A stretch of 64,000 bases of DNA from an uncultured delta proteobacterium (GTDB taxonomy: Bacteria; Desulfobacterota; Binatia; UBA9968). Below the pieces are notes generated by a model. That model was not told where the DNA came from, searched no databases, and saw only the letters and a list, made by a program, of their open reading frames with translations. A program made the position numbers and the translations under genes. The stretch covers positions 192,001 to 256,000 of the forward strand of contig CAWDPO010000010.1 of NCBI GenBank assembly GCA_963804165.1, given 5' to 3'. Positions 10,051 to 23,611 of this stretch are shown one piece after another; positions within the stretch are counted from its first letter, which is position 1; each line of letters opens with the position of its first letter.

Positions 10051-10212
10051 TCATTGATAGATACTGAAAGCGTGTTGAGGGTGCAAACGGCTTGATTTTG
10101 GACGTAAATGGATCAGCCCGTTCAAGCGCCGATTTGGTGGCGGTGTTCCGGTCGATTAATTGGGTGGTTCGGTCAAGGCCTTCTCGCAAGAAACAGCGCA
10201 GGGCGGGTAGAG

Positions 10213-11064
10213 TCAGTTATCCTTTATCTCTTCAAGAAGTTGCGCAGCCTTTTCTTTATGCTTAGCGTCGTCGGAGAACTGGATCGGCAACTCCGGAATC
10301 GACTTCAGCAGAGCACGCGCCTGTGGCCATTGTTCGATGGTGATGTAACTGCGCGCCAGCTCCAAACGCGAAACGATTATGGCGGGATTGAGCCCGACCG
10401 CCTTTTTAAGATATTCGATCGACTTATCCAAACTCCCGGTTGGCACCGAACGGCCGTACAGCACGTTGGCAAACATGCGGCTGGTGCCGCCGATCTCGGC
10501 GAGCTTACGATGCCATACCCCGTAAATGTGGTAAGCCGAACCGTTCTTAGGGTCCAACGCGATCGCTTTTTCGATCTCGTCGCGAATTTCGCCAGCGAGA
10601 TCAAGTTGTTTTGAAACCGGCGATACCATCGCAATATTGCCGATCGCCGCGGCGACCCAAAAATGTCCCCAGGTGGAGTTGGCATCGACTCGCACCGCTT
10701 TACGGGCATAGTCTTCGGCAATGGAATATTCCTTGAGCTTGCGCTCTTTCCAGCCGGCGCCGTTTTCCGCGATCTGATCGCCGATATCGATTTGAGCGCG
10801 CGCCATTTTGACCAGCGCCTCGAAATTCTTGCCATCGATCTGGAGGATTTTCTGCAACTCCCCGATCGCTTCGCGCGGTTTGAACTGGCCATAGAGCCGA
10901 TCAGCGCTTTTATGCCACCGCATGATGTCCGCGCCGTCGTCCCGACAGCAGCCACGTTTGGAATCTTCGACCTTTGGCGCATCTGCCGCGCCGGCCGTAA
11001 CGGCGACGGCGACGAGGATTGTGACGGCTCGCAGTATGTGTAGAAATTTTTGCAGCAACGTCAT
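10213..11064 (-). CDS. Exported TPR-repeat protein
   Basis: N-terminal signal peptide; TPR-like repeats (KAVRVDAN, KAIALDPKN, KAVGLNP). Confidence 0.8.
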   Translation of the reverse strand: MTLLQKFLHILRAVTILVAVAVTAGAADAPKVEDSKRGCCRDDGADIMRWHKSADRLYGQFKPREAIGELQKILQIDGKNFEALVKMARAQIDIGDQIAENGAGWKERKLKEYSIAEDYARKAVRVDANSTWGHFWVAAAIGNIAMVSPVSKQLDLAGEIRDEIEKAIALDPKNGSAYHIYGVWHRKLAEIGGTSRMFANVLYGRSVPTGSLDKSIEYLKKAVGLNPAIIVSRLELARSYITIEQWPQARALLKSIPELPIQFSDDAKHKEKAAQLLEEIKDN

Positions 11065-11436
11065 TTACTTTAACGCTATCGGCTTCCCCGCTTCATCGAC
11101 GGCGACATAGATCACCTCGGCCTCGGTGACCTTGACCCGATTCCGGGGAGCCTTGGCGCGTTCGGCTTCGACGCCGACCTTGACGGTGATCGAAGTCGTT
11201 CCTTGGCGTAGCACTGACGTATAGAAGCTCACCACGTCGCCGACATACACCGGCGCGATAAACTCGACTTCGCGTATCGCCCGAGTGACAAAGTTTCGCA
11301 CCGCGTGGCGCGACGCTGCGATGCCGCCCGCTAAGTCGATGTGGCTAAGAATCACACCGCCGAATATCGTACCGTGCGCATTGGTATCGCGCGGCAGCAT
11401 AGTGATACGCAGGGTGGCGTCAAGCCGCTCTGTCAT
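11065..11436 (-). CDS. Acyl-CoA thioesterase (hotdog fold, YciA-like)
   Basis: [41 protein letters not shown]. Confidence 0.93.
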   Translation of the reverse strand: MTERLDATLRITMLPRDTNAHGTIFGGVILSHIDLAGGIAASRHAVRNFVTRAIREVEFIAPVYVGDVVSFYTSVLRQGTTSITVKVGVEAERAKAPRNRVKVTEAEVIYVAVDEAGKPIALK

Positions 11437-11502
11437 TATTTAGTATTAATCGATGCGCGGCGGCGGATCAACTATCGCGGCGGGAGATTTTGGCCGATCA
11501 GA

Positions 11503-12420
11503 TCAGACGTAGGCCAACCAGTTTTTATACTTGGGATTCTTACCTTTGATAACATCGAAGAATGTGTTTTGAATATCTTCGGTCACCGGGCCGCGTCGGC
11601 CGGCGCCGATTTGGCGGTCATCCACTTCGCGGATCGGCGTCAGCTCGGCCGCCGTGCCGGTAAAAAACGCCTCATCAGCGACATAAAGCTCGTCCCTGGT
11701 AAAACGTTCCTCCACCAGTTCGTAACCCTTATCTTTGGCGAGCGTGATGATCGAATCGCGCGTGATGCCGGGAAGAATCGACGTGAGCGGCGTGGTTTTG
11801 ATCTTGCGATCACGGACGATGAATATGTTTTCGCCGCTGGCTTCCGACACGTAGCCCTCGGCATCGAGCATGATCGCCTCGTCATAGCCGGCTTTTTTCA
11901 CCTCATGCTTGGCTAAAACCGAGTTGATATAGTTCCCAGTCGTCTTGCTCTTGGTCATCATCACGTTAACGTGATGGCGCGTAAACGACGACACTTTGGC
12001 GCGGATACCGTTCATCAGACCTTCATCACCGAGATAAGCGCCCCAGGGCCAAACCGCGATGCAAACGTTTATCGGATTATTCGGCGCATAGAGACCTAAC
12101 TCACCGAGACCGACGAAAGCCAAGGGACGGATATAGCACTCCTTGAGTTTGTTGGCGCGAATGAGTTCGATGGTCGCCTGATTCAATTGCTCTTCCGTGT
12201 AGGGCAACGGGAAACCCAGGATTTTTCCGGAGTCGGCGAGCCGGCGCGTGTGTTCCTTTAAACGAAATACCGCCGACCGTCCATCCGCGAGATGATAACA
12301 CCGGATCCCTTCGAAATACGCCGTGCCGTAGTGCAGCGCATGAGCCAACACATGCACCTTGGCGTCTTCCCATCGGATCAATTCTCCGTCGAGCCAAATC
12401 AGTTCAGTTTTAATCGACAT
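11503..12420 (-). CDS. ilvE: Branched-chain amino acid aminotransferase
   Basis: HALHYGTAYFEGIR, YIRP, KTTGNY (PLP lysine), EASGENIF, ILPGITR, TGTAAE. Confidence 0.97.
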   Translation of the reverse strand: MSIKTELIWLDGELIRWEDAKVHVLAHALHYGTAYFEGIRCYHLADGRSAVFRLKEHTRRLADSGKILGFPLPYTEEQLNQATIELIRANKLKECYIRPLAFVGLGELGLYAPNNPINVCIAVWPWGAYLGDEGLMNGIRAKVSSFTRHHVNVMMTKSKTTGNYINSVLAKHEVKKAGYDEAIMLDAEGYVSEASGENIFIVRDRKIKTTPLTSILPGITRDSIITLAKDKGYELVEERFTRDELYVADEAFFTGTAAELTPIREVDDRQIGAGRRGPVTEDIQNTFFDVIKGKNPKYKNWLAYV

Positions 12421-12480
12421 AATTCTTCTCTGCCGGTGTGAAACATTTTACGCACTCGGGGCGCGGCCATCAAGCCGGAT

Positions 12481-12513
12481 AAAAAAAGGCCACCCGGTTG
12501 TCCGCGGTGGCCT
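12481..12513 (-). terminator. Intrinsic terminator after hup
   Basis: AGGCCACCG-CGGACAAC-CGGGTGGCC-TTTTTTT on the minus strand. Confidence 0.8.
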
Positions 12514-12531
12514 GCGCGAATGACCGGAAAT

Positions 12532-12801
12532 TCACAGTGCCTTTTTTAGTACCGGAGCCGGTTTGAATCCTACCGAGCGGCTCGCTTTGATGTTTATGAC
12601 TGCGCCGGTCTGCGGATTTCTGCCCTTGCGCGCCTTGCGCGAACGCACGGTGAATGTCCCAAAACCGGGGACTTGAAACCGCTTGGCCTTCTTGATCGCT
12701 TTGCCGATGTTGTCGAACGTCGCGTCCACAGCCACGCCGGCGGCAATTTTGCTGATATTTGCACTCTTCGCGACGGCGTCGACTAATTCTGCCTTGGTCA
12801 T
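12532..12801 (-). CDS. hup: HU family DNA-binding protein
   Basis: MTKAELV, GFGTF, RKARKGRNPQTG, FKP. Confidence 0.95.
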   Translation of the reverse strand: MTKAELVDAVAKSANISKIAAGVAVDATFDNIGKAIKKAKRFQVPGFGTFTVRSRKARKGRNPQTGAVINIKASRSVGFKPAPVLKKAL

Positions 12802-12903
12802 TGGCGGTCACCTCCCACTGGCACTAAGTACCCTTCGATCTAACTTGCCTCGTTGCACAAAACGAAAGGCAGATCATTTCCAATTCGCGCGGAAATGTCA
12901 ACC

Positions 12904-13842
12904 CTAATAGCGCGCTTTTGCCGCCTTATGGAGTAGCCCGTAACGCACGCCCTGATCGCTGACGATGACCCCATCAGCATGATAGAAAATCATAATCCGT
13001 TCGATCAGGCACGCCCCCGCAAAAATCACGTCGGCTCGTTTCGCTTCGAGGCCGACGATACGTTTTCGCTCCTCGATGGTTTTCCCCTCAAGCCTGTGAA
13101 CTTGGCGGCGCACCTGTTGAAGGGTAAGCGAACTCCCGTGAACTTCGGCGTGGGAATAGCGGGCCAATTGTTTTTCCATAGCCGCCAAAGTCGTGAAGGT
13201 GCCGGCGATACCGACGAGCGAAAGTGGTCCGTCCGCGTCGATTCCCCGCGACGGCAATAGGTCCAATTCCTGGTCGATCGCAGCGATCATCCGTTGCGCC
13301 TCATCGGCATTTACCGGATCGGCGTGAAGGTAGCGCTCGGTCAACCGCACTGAACCGATATCGACGCTCACCGCGCGAGCAAATCCCGACTCATTACCGC
13401 GGATAAATTCGCTGCTACCGCCGCCGATATCAATGACCAGCAATTCACGGCCCGCGAGCGCGAGCCCGCGCTCGACCGCGAGGAACGAATAAGCTGCTTC
13501 TTCGGTGCCGGAAATGACCCGTACGTCGATGCCGAGGCGGTCATGAAAACGAGCGCGCACCTGCTCGCTGTTTTTCGCATCGCGCAAAGCGCTCGTGCCG
13601 ACGGCGATAATTTCTTCGACGCCGAGATTTTTGCACTGATCGAGGTAACGCTCGATGACCGCAAGGCTTCGCTGTTCGCCTTCCGCCGAGATCAATCCGG
13701 TCTGATCGACTCCTTTGCCCAAACCGGCAATCTCCGCGAGATCGTTCAAGACTCTGAATCGCCCAGTATCTCTGATCTCGGCAATCAGGCAGAGAATCGT
13801 GTTAGTGCCGACGTCGATAAACGCGCTGCGTCTTGGGCTCAT
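12904..13842 (-). CDS. ppx: Ppx/GppA family phosphatase (short form)
   Basis: IDVGTN, TSALRDAKN, EEA, DIGGGSSE, RADVIFAG, GVRYG. Confidence 0.9.
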   Translation of the reverse strand: MSPRRSAFIDVGTNTILCLIAEIRDTGRFRVLNDLAEIAGLGKGVDQTGLISAEGEQRSLAVIERYLDQCKNLGVEEIIAVGTSALRDAKNSEQVRARFHDRLGIDVRVISGTEEAAYSFLAVERGLALAGRELLVIDIGGGSSEFIRGNESGFARAVSVDIGSVRLTERYLHADPVNADEAQRMIAAIDQELDLLPSRGIDADGPLSLVGIAGTFTTLAAMEKQLARYSHAEVHGSSLTLQQVRRQVHRLEGKTIEERKRIVGLEAKRADVIFAGACLIERIMIFYHADGVIVSDQGVRYGLLHKAAKARY

Positions 13843-15206
13843 GACTGCGCAAGTGTTTCCACAGCCGCGAGTTCATCATGCTGCATCGGAGATGCCGCCA
13901 CCTCGCACTCTTGCAGCCAATAGTTCATATCGGCGAGCGCCCGGCGTGACATCATTTCCTTTTTCGCTTTGCCGCGCAGACGCGCGTTAAGCGGCGGAAT
14001 CAAGCCGAAATTCACATTCATCGGCTGAAAGCGCTTGCGCTCGGGATCGGTAATATAGCGCAAGAGCGCGCCGAGCGCCGTAGTGACCGGCGGCGTGACC
14101 GTCGGCTCGCCCGCGAGCAACTTGGCAGCGTTGATTCCCGCCAGCAATCCGGTCGCGGCGGATTCGATGTAGCCTTCAACCCCGGTCATCTGGCCGGCGA
14201 AAAATAACGTCTCACGCCGGTGCCATTGCAACGTCGGCGTGAGATGTAAAGGGGCGTTGATGAAAGTATTGCGGTGCAAGCTCCCCAAGCGCACGAACTC
14301 GGCCCCAGCCAAGCCCGGAATCAACGCGAACACGCGGCGCTGCGCGCCATAGGTCATTTTGGTTTGAAACCCGACCAGATTGTAGAGCGTTTTGTCGCGG
14401 TTTTCCTGGCGCAACTGAACCACCGCGTAGGGCCGTTTGCCGGTGCGCGGATCGCGCAAGCCGACGGCACGCATGGGCCCGAATGCCAGCGTGTCCTTGC
14501 CGCGGTCGGCCATTTCTTCGATGGGCATGCAGCCCTCGAAGGGCACGAAGCGCTCGAAGCTATGCGTGGGCACTCGTTCGGCAGCGACTAGCGCATCGAC
14601 GAAAGCGTAGTATTCTTCGCGCGACAACGGCAGGTTCAGGTAATCATCGCCGCCCTTGTCGTAACGGGAAGCGCGAAACGCCACGCCCACATCGATAGAT
14701 TCCGCGGTGACAATCGGCGAAATCGCATCGTAAAAATAGAGATGCTCCTCGCCTAATTGTGCCACGAGTTCCGCGGAGAAAGCCGGTGAAGTCAGTGGAC
14801 CCGTGGCAATGATGACAACACCGTCTTCTGGAATAGCGCGAACTTCCTCGCGACGAACCCGCACTCCCGCCAATTGTTCGACGGTTTCGGTCAAGGCGCG
14901 GCTAAAATTTTGGCGATCTACAGCGAGCGCCGAGCCGGCGGGCACTCGGTGCGCGTCGGCGCAGCGAATGATAAGGGAATCGACGCGGCGCATTTCCGCC
15001 TTGAGCAATCCGGCGGGCGCCGACAGGAGATCGGAACGGAGCGAATTGCTGCAGACGAGTTCGCCGAGATCGCGGCCGGCATGGGCTTCGGTCATGCGCA
15101 GCGGGCGCATCTCGAAGAGTTCCGCGGCGACCCCGCGCCGGGCGAGTTGCCAAGCCGCTTCCGTCCCGGCCAACCCGCCGCCGATAATGCGAACGACATT
15201 TTTCAT
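13839..15206 (-). CDS. trmFO: Folate/FAD-dependent tRNA m5U54 methyltransferase
   Basis: IIGGGLAGTEAA, ELVCSNS, FYDAISPI, FEGCMPIE, AGQMTGVEGY, FQPMNVNFG. Confidence 0.97.
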   Translation of the reverse strand: MKNVVRIIGGGLAGTEAAWQLARRGVAAELFEMRPLRMTEAHAGRDLGELVCSNSLRSDLLSAPAGLLKAEMRRVDSLIIRCADAHRVPAGSALAVDRQNFSRALTETVEQLAGVRVRREEVRAIPEDGVVIIATGPLTSPAFSAELVAQLGEEHLYFYDAISPIVTAESIDVGVAFRASRYDKGGDDYLNLPLSREEYYAFVDALVAAERVPTHSFERFVPFEGCMPIEEMADRGKDTLAFGPMRAVGLRDPRTGKRPYAVVQLRQENRDKTLYNLVGFQTKMTYGAQRRVFALIPGLAGAEFVRLGSLHRNTFINAPLHLTPTLQWHRRETLFFAGQMTGVEGYIESAATGLLAGINAAKLLAGEPTVTPPVTTALGALLRYITDPERKRFQPMNVNFGLIPPLNARLRGKAKKEMMSRRALADMNYWLQECEVAASPMQHDELAAVETLAQS

Positions 15207-15289
15207 GAAGATTTCGGCGCTGAAAATAGAGTTCGCTTGGCTGAACTCGCCGCGACTGGAAATTACCGCACGAATTAAAAAATCGCCAG

Positions 15290-17653
<2,364 letters not shown>

Positions 17654-17697
17654 GAATTAAACTCGATTCTGAATGCTCCAAATCGTGAAGTCTAGAT

Positions 17698-18809
17698 TTA
17701 TCTTTCCGCCCGATAAATTTTTCCTGGCGACTGTCGAACCAACCCTTGCAATTCCAAATCTAAGAGAGTTTCCAATACCTGCGCGGCCGACATACCGGTT
17801 CTTTCAATCACTTGATCTACTTGTAGGTTATTCTCTTGCAGTAACGCAAAAATCTTCCGCGCGGCATCGCTGGCATTTTGCGGCAACACGCGCGGCGCGC
17901 GTGGTATCGCGCCGCCGGAGCGATGCAATAGTTGCGGCGCGATCTCTTCGATAATATCGTCGACGCTCTCGACAAGCTTCGCGCCCTGGCGGATCAAGCG
18001 GTGTGCGCCCCGGCTTCGGCTCGAACCCACTTCGCCGGGCACGGCAAACACTTCCCGGCCTTGCTCCACTGCCATAGTTGCGGTAATCAGCGATCCGCTC
18101 TTCTCCGTCGCTTCGACAACGACGACACCCAACGACAAACCGCTGATCAGACGGTTGCGCGCGGGAAAATTGAACGCCAACGGCCGCGTGCCGATGGGCA
18201 ACTCGGAAATCACCGCCCCGTTTTCACCGATGCGCCGATAAAGATTGTCATGTTCAGGTGGATAGGCACGTTCAACGCCGGAACCCAAAACCGCGATCGT
18301 GCGCCCGCCGGCCTGGAGCGCGCTATCATGCGCCGTGCCATCGATGCCGCGCGCCATGCCGCTTACGACCGTAAATCCCAAAGATGCCAAGCCGCGTGCA
18401 AGATCGCGCGCGACGCGGCGCCCGTAATCGCTTGCGCTGCGCGATCCGACGATTGCGACCGCTTTGTCATCGTCGGCAAGAAAATATCCCTTAACATAGA
18501 GAAACGGCGGCGGGTCGGCGATCATCCGCAGCCGCGCCGGATAATTCGGGTTCGTAAAAGGGACAATCGCAATTCCAGCTTCGCGCGCGAGCTCGATTTC
18601 ATCGTCGATCTCCGCCCAATCGGAAAAATGCAACAAGCCCGTCGATCGCGTCGCGATGCAAACCTTCGACTTGTTCCAGTTCGGCCGGCGAAGCAAAAAA
18701 TGCCGCCGTCGGATCAGCGAATCGTGCCGTGAGTTTTTTAAAGCTCACGCGGTCCGAGATCCTTTGACCCGGCCGAGCGCAAGCCACGGCGCATCACATC
18801 GTCACGCAC
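17698..18809 (-). CDS. dprA: DNA-processing protein DprA; the 5' part has apparent frameshifts
   Basis: AIVGSR, VVSGMARGID, FPARNRLISGL, SGSLITA. The N-terminal ...PWLALGRVKG..VSFKKL...LEQVEGL is split over frames at 18640-18800. Confidence 0.9.
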
Positions 18810-19010
18810 GATGCGGACAACGGAAGTCCTTTCGCGAAAGATAAGGATGCCTGAACCATATTCGTTCAAGCTTTGTCAAACTGGAGCGCGTAGCATTCGT
18901 TCTAGGCGTGGCCAGGGGAACGAAATAGAAATGATAAGGCAATTTCCCATTGAAGGCTAGAAGGGGATGTCTGACTAAGTTTAAATCGGGAGCTCTCAAC
19001 TGATGCGAAG

Positions 19011-19466
19011 TTACTGATTTTGCAAAAGATTGTCCAGGCTTAATAATTTTTTTTACATGGGGTCGAACACGAAGCCGCTCACCGTAGCCACACTGGTCCG
19101 GGACAACCCGATGGCAAGGAATGATGATCGGGATAGGGATGCGCGCTAGGGCGTTGGCGACCGCCGGATTGCTTTGCGGCTTGCCCAATTTGCGCCACCC
19201 ATGGGTAGCTTCTAACCTGGCCGTAGGAATCTGCGCCGCGAGTCTCAACACCGCTCGGGTGAACGGCGATACTGCGCTGAGATCGCGCGGCGCGGCAAAG
19301 ACGGTGAGTCGACGGCCAAGGAATCGCGCAACTCTGCGGGCGAGCGCGCGCCAACGCGCCGTGCGCGGATTGACGGGCGCCACAAAATTTTCTTGACCGG
19401 TTTACACGATTTAATGCCGTGATGCCGCGTTGATTGGCGAAGATTTGCAATGCCGGAATTCATCAT
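19011..19466 (-). CDS. ogt: Methylated-DNA--protein-cysteine methyltransferase; apparent frameshifts
   Basis: SPFTRAVL, IP.GQVRSY (other frame), AVANALA, IPIIIPCHRVV active site; boundaries approximate. Confidence 0.75.
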
Positions 19467-20864
19467 CGTTTGACCCGTTTTTCTTCGCGCCGCGCCCGAA
19501 GAATCAGATCGAATCGGCGCGTGTTCAAGCCGAGATGCTCCGCAATTGGTGGGTCAGATACTTCTGATAACTTTCCGAACCGCCCTGGGCAGATTAACAA
19601 ACAGCGTAAAAGTCGGCGGCCGCGTACCGGTCTGAGTTCCGTAATAGAATTTCACGGATCGGCCCTGTGACAACGGCGCGGAGTGTGCCCGGACGATTTT
19701 CTGAAGCGCTTGGTTAACCGACGAAGTCGAAACTTTACGCCGATAATTTTGACCACGCGAACCCAGTCTCCAATAATTTGCGCACGCCGTAACCCGTCGC
19801 CGCCGAAATAAACACGACCGGCACAAAATCCAGGAACGAAAGCCGGTACTTGACTTCGTCCCGATATTTTCCACTTCGCCGTCGTTTTTGGATACGACAT
19901 CCCATTTGTTCACCGCAAGAGCAGCGCTTTGCCGCGTTGAACTCCATAGCTGAGTATCTGAGCGTCTTGATCGGTGACTCCTTCCGGTCCGTCGATAATG
20001 TGCATGAACAAGTCGCCGCGCTCCACCACGCGCAGCGCGCGACTGACGCTGAAGCGTTCAATGCGGTCTTCGATGCGCGCTTTACGGCGAATGCCGGCGG
20101 TGTCGACCAAAATACATGCCTCACCCAGCAATTCGAATGGCGTGTCCAATGAATCTCGCGTTGTGCCCGGTCGTCGAATCGACCACGGATCGCTCGAAAC
20201 CGAGAAACGATTGATCAGCGTCGACTTGCCGACATTGGGGCGGCCGACCACGGCGACACGCAGGGGTTCGATGGTTTTTTGTCCGTCTTGCGTCCTCGTT
20301 TTCGCTGTCCGCCGCATTCTCGGCCACCCGCCGGACGACATCGTCCAACAGATCAGGGATGCCGAGCCCGTGTTCGGCGGAAATTGAGTAAAGACGATCG
20401 ATGCCGAGAGCGAAGAATTCATACAAATTGTCGGCACGTTGGCGGGAGTCGAGCTTGTTTACTGCGAAAAACACTGGCTTGTTCGCCTTGCGCAAGCGTC
20501 ACCCACGGTCGCGGTCCAGGGGATTGAGACCTCTTTTGCCGTCGAAAAGAAAAATTACGACATCGGCCTCGGCTACCGCCAAGCGGCTTTGCGCTTGCAC
20601 ATTTTCATCCAGATTGCTGCCGCTGCCAGATTCGAGTACCGCCGGTGTCGACGAGTCGATATCTGCATCCAGCCCATTCGGCCTCGGCGTAATTTCGATC
20701 ACGCGTCACGCCGGGCATATCGTCGACGATCGCCCTTCGTCACCGACGAGACGATTGAACAGCGTCGACTTGCCAACATTCGGCCGCCCGACGACGGCCA
20801 CGATTGGCAGGCGCCTCGGCGGAGGTTGCGCTGCGACGATCGGCGGTAACACTGCTTTCGGCAT
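19463..20864 (-). CDS. der: Ribosome biogenesis GTPase Der/EngA; several apparent frameshifts
   Basis: Two G-domains across frames: [59 protein letters not shown], and KH-like [13 protein letters not shown]. Confidence 0.92.
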
Positions 20865-21789
20865 TTACAATCCCATTTCCGCCAACAGATTCGGATTCTG
20901 CGTCCAGCCGGCGTCGACCCGGACAAAAAGTTCGAGAAAAAGGCGGCAACCCAGTAAACCTTCCAATTCTTCGGCGCGCCTGCGGCCGATTTCTTTGAGC
21001 ATGGCGCCGCGCTTGCCGATCAAAATGCCCTTGTGCGAATCGCGTTCGGTGTGAATCGTTGCCGATATCACAATCAGATTCTTTTCCGGCTTTCTCGGTG
21101 AATTCATCGATCGTGACCGCAACCCCGTAGGGAATTTCTTCCCGGGTTAATAGAAAGACTTTCTCGCGCACGATTTCCGAAGCCAGGAAACGCTCCGACT
21201 GGTCGGTGTACTCGCCATCGGTAAAATAGCGCGGCCCTTCCGCCAGCCAATTTTCGACGATGTTCAAAACAGTGTCCAAACCCTCACCCTTGAGCGCGCT
21301 CACCGGCACGATTTCTTTACCGGGTAGAAACTCGGAGCAGCGCTCCATCAGCGGCAGCAATTTGCCTTTGGAAACCATATCGATTTTGTTGATCAGGATC
21401 AACACCGGCGTTTCGACGCCGCGCAGGGTCTCAGCGATCATTTCTTCTTCCTGCTTGATTTTTTCGTGGGCATCGAGCAGCCAGAGCACCCCGTCCACTT
21501 CGTCCAACGTCTGCAGAGCGGTATCGACCATGCGCCGGTTCATTAAAGAGTGGCCCTGGTGAATGCCCGGCGTGTCGAGAAAAATAATCTGGCACGACTC
21601 CGTGGTGCGAATGCCGGTAATTCGATTACGCGTCGTCTGCGGTTTGGGCGAAACGATGGCGACTTTTTCGCCGAGTATTTGGTTCAGCAACGTCGACTTG
21701 CCGACATTGGCCCGCCCGATGATGGCAACGTAGCCTGAGCGAAACGCCGCCGTCGCTTTTTCCTTGTCCTTGTTATTAGCGTCTGCCAT
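20865..21789 (-). CDS. era: GTPase Era; one apparent frameshift near 21085
   Basis: SGYVAIIGRANVGKSTLLN, PQTTRN, DTPG, NKID, REEIPY; KH part ERDSHKGILIGKRG in the next frame; ATG at 21789. Confidence 0.95.
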
Positions 21790-21869
21790 AACTCTTGATA
21801 GAAGCGAGGCGAGTATTATGACACTCTCGATCTGCCGTTCAAGGTTACCTGGCGGTGAGTAACTCAATC

Positions 21870-22449
21870 ATGCCGATCAGATTGACGCCGCTCATGAAAC
21901 AGCGCCTCACCCGGCGCGCCTATGAAATGATCGAGCGCTCGCTGCGATATTTTCCGGAATTGAAGGACAACGACCATCACCGTCGGGTACACGCGCAAAC
22001 ATCTGGGCAGCGCCACTGTCGTTTATCGCAATGGTAGCATCTTGCGGCTGATCATTCGGCTCAAAGTGCGCAAATTGACGTACCAGACCATCGGCCACGA
22101 GTTGACCCACCTGATTCAGGGTTTGGCCCACGGCGATCGTTTTGGCAGGCGCTCGCTGGCTCCGGCGAAGATCCCGTCAGGCGAGAAACAATGCGATATT
22201 TGGACTCTCGCGCGTAATCCGCTTTTTTGCGACGATGCGCCGACGTATATCAAGATGCCGCGCATCATGCGCGCGCGCTGGCCGGAGTATGCCGAGTCGG
22301 TCCGCGAGTTATGTATCGCCGCCATCGACAAACGTCACACTCACCGTCAATATATTCGATGGTTGGAAGAGGAAATACGTAAGCTGGCGCATACACCGCG
22401 GGCGCAAGGTGTCGCGCAGGCACAGTTGATTTTGCCTTTTGCGATCTAA
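21870..22449 (+). CDS. Hypothetical protein with HExxH zincin-like motif; apparent frameshift near 21970
   Basis: Joining frames gives MPIRLT...YFPELKD.TITVGYTRKHLGSA...YQTIGHELTHLIQ...SGEKQCDIWTLAR. Confidence 0.65.
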
Positions 22450-22463
22450 CCGGGCAGCGCGGG

Positions 22464-22504
22464 TACTTCCTGACTTCGTGAAATTCGTGTGCTTCGTGGT
22501 TCGG
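22464..22504. repeat. Short tandem repeat (TTCGTG-containing, about 9-nt units)
   Basis: tacttcctgacttcgtgaaattcgtgtgcttcgtggttcg between convergent genes. Confidence 0.45.
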
Positions 22505-22573
22505 TCTCAGAACAATCCAATCGAATTCCGCCAGCGCAGGGGACGGCCGCAACAGGTCTCTGGGTTGGCGCCT

Positions 22574-23512
22574 CTAGCCTTTTAAAATCCCATCGAGATC
22601 CTTGACATCGTCGGCCATGAGATTCCAATCGGCCGCTTTGACGTTGCTCGCCAATTGTTCGGGATTTTTCGCTCCCGTGATCACCGAGCAAACTTGCGGC
22701 TGTGCCAGAAGCCAAGCCTGCGCCAACTCATTCACCCCCCGGCCATGATCCTTCGCCCAGGTAGTTAATCGGTTGACCGTGTGATAATTGCGTTCGGTCA
22801 TCAGCTCTTGCACATTTCTGACCGACTCACCGCGCGACCCCGGCGGCGCTGGTTTGCCCATCTCGTATTTGCCAGTGAGAAATCCTCCAGCCAACGGATA
22901 GTAGGGCACGAACCCAACACTGTGCGCTCGGCAATATGGCAGGACTTCGCGCTCGACGCCGCGGCTTAGCATGTTGTACTCGGACTGCAGCACGACAAAT
23001 CGTGTCCAGCCTTTGAATTCCGCTAGCACATTGGCGTGGGCTAATTGCCACGAGGCGTATGCCGAGGCACCGATGTAACAAATTTTCCCCATACGAATGA
23101 GGTCGTCCAGGCCACGCAACGTCTCTTCGATCGGCGTGGTATCGTCCCAACGATGACAGTAATAGAGATCGATATGGTCGGTCTGGAGACGGCGCAAACT
23201 TCTCTCGATGGCCTGCATCATTTGATAACGCGATGCACCCCAGCTATTGGCGCTGGTTTTCCTGGGAAAATTGAACTTGGTCGCCATGACGACCTTCTCC
23301 ATACGTCCTTTAATCGCACTACCCAGGGTTTCTTCGGAGCGTCCGTCGTTGTAGCCATTGGCGGTGTCGATAAAGTTGACGCCGGCATCGAGCGCAGCGT
23401 TGATGATTTTGTCGACTACCGCCTGTGGCACATCCGCCGATCCGAAACGATTGGCGCCCAAGCCCACGACCGATACGCGCACGCCGGCATTTCCTAGTTG
23501 TCGATATTCCAT
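22574..23512 (-). CDS. Aldo/keto reductase
   Basis: NFIDTANGY, SEETLG, ATK, SLRRLQTDHIDLY, PLAGGFLTGKY. Confidence 0.95.
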   Translation of the reverse strand: MEYRQLGNAGVRVSVVGLGANRFGSADVPQAVVDKIINAALDAGVNFIDTANGYNDGRSEETLGSAIKGRMEKVVMATKFNFPRKTSANSWGASRYQMMQAIERSLRRLQTDHIDLYYCHRWDDTTPIEETLRGLDDLIRMGKICYIGASAYASWQLAHANVLAEFKGWTRFVVLQSEYNMLSRGVEREVLPYCRAHSVGFVPYYPLAGGFLTGKYEMGKPAPPGSRGESVRNVQELMTERNYHTVNRLTTWAKDHGRGVNELAQAWLLAQPQVCSVITGAKNPEQLASNVKAADWNLMADDVKDLDGILKG

Positions 23513-23611
23513 GAAAACTCCTTGAGCTCGATAGTCTCTATCAACCTGTCGTTCGTACTCGCTGGCGCTAAAGAGGAGCGATCAGGAGAAAAGCATCGCT
23601 TGACCTGTGAA

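Noticed and set aside
19463-21789. Programmed frameshifting or true pseudogenisation of der and era
   Set aside because: Indels are numerous, lack slippery-site and structure context, and are confined to one segment; artefact is more parsimonious
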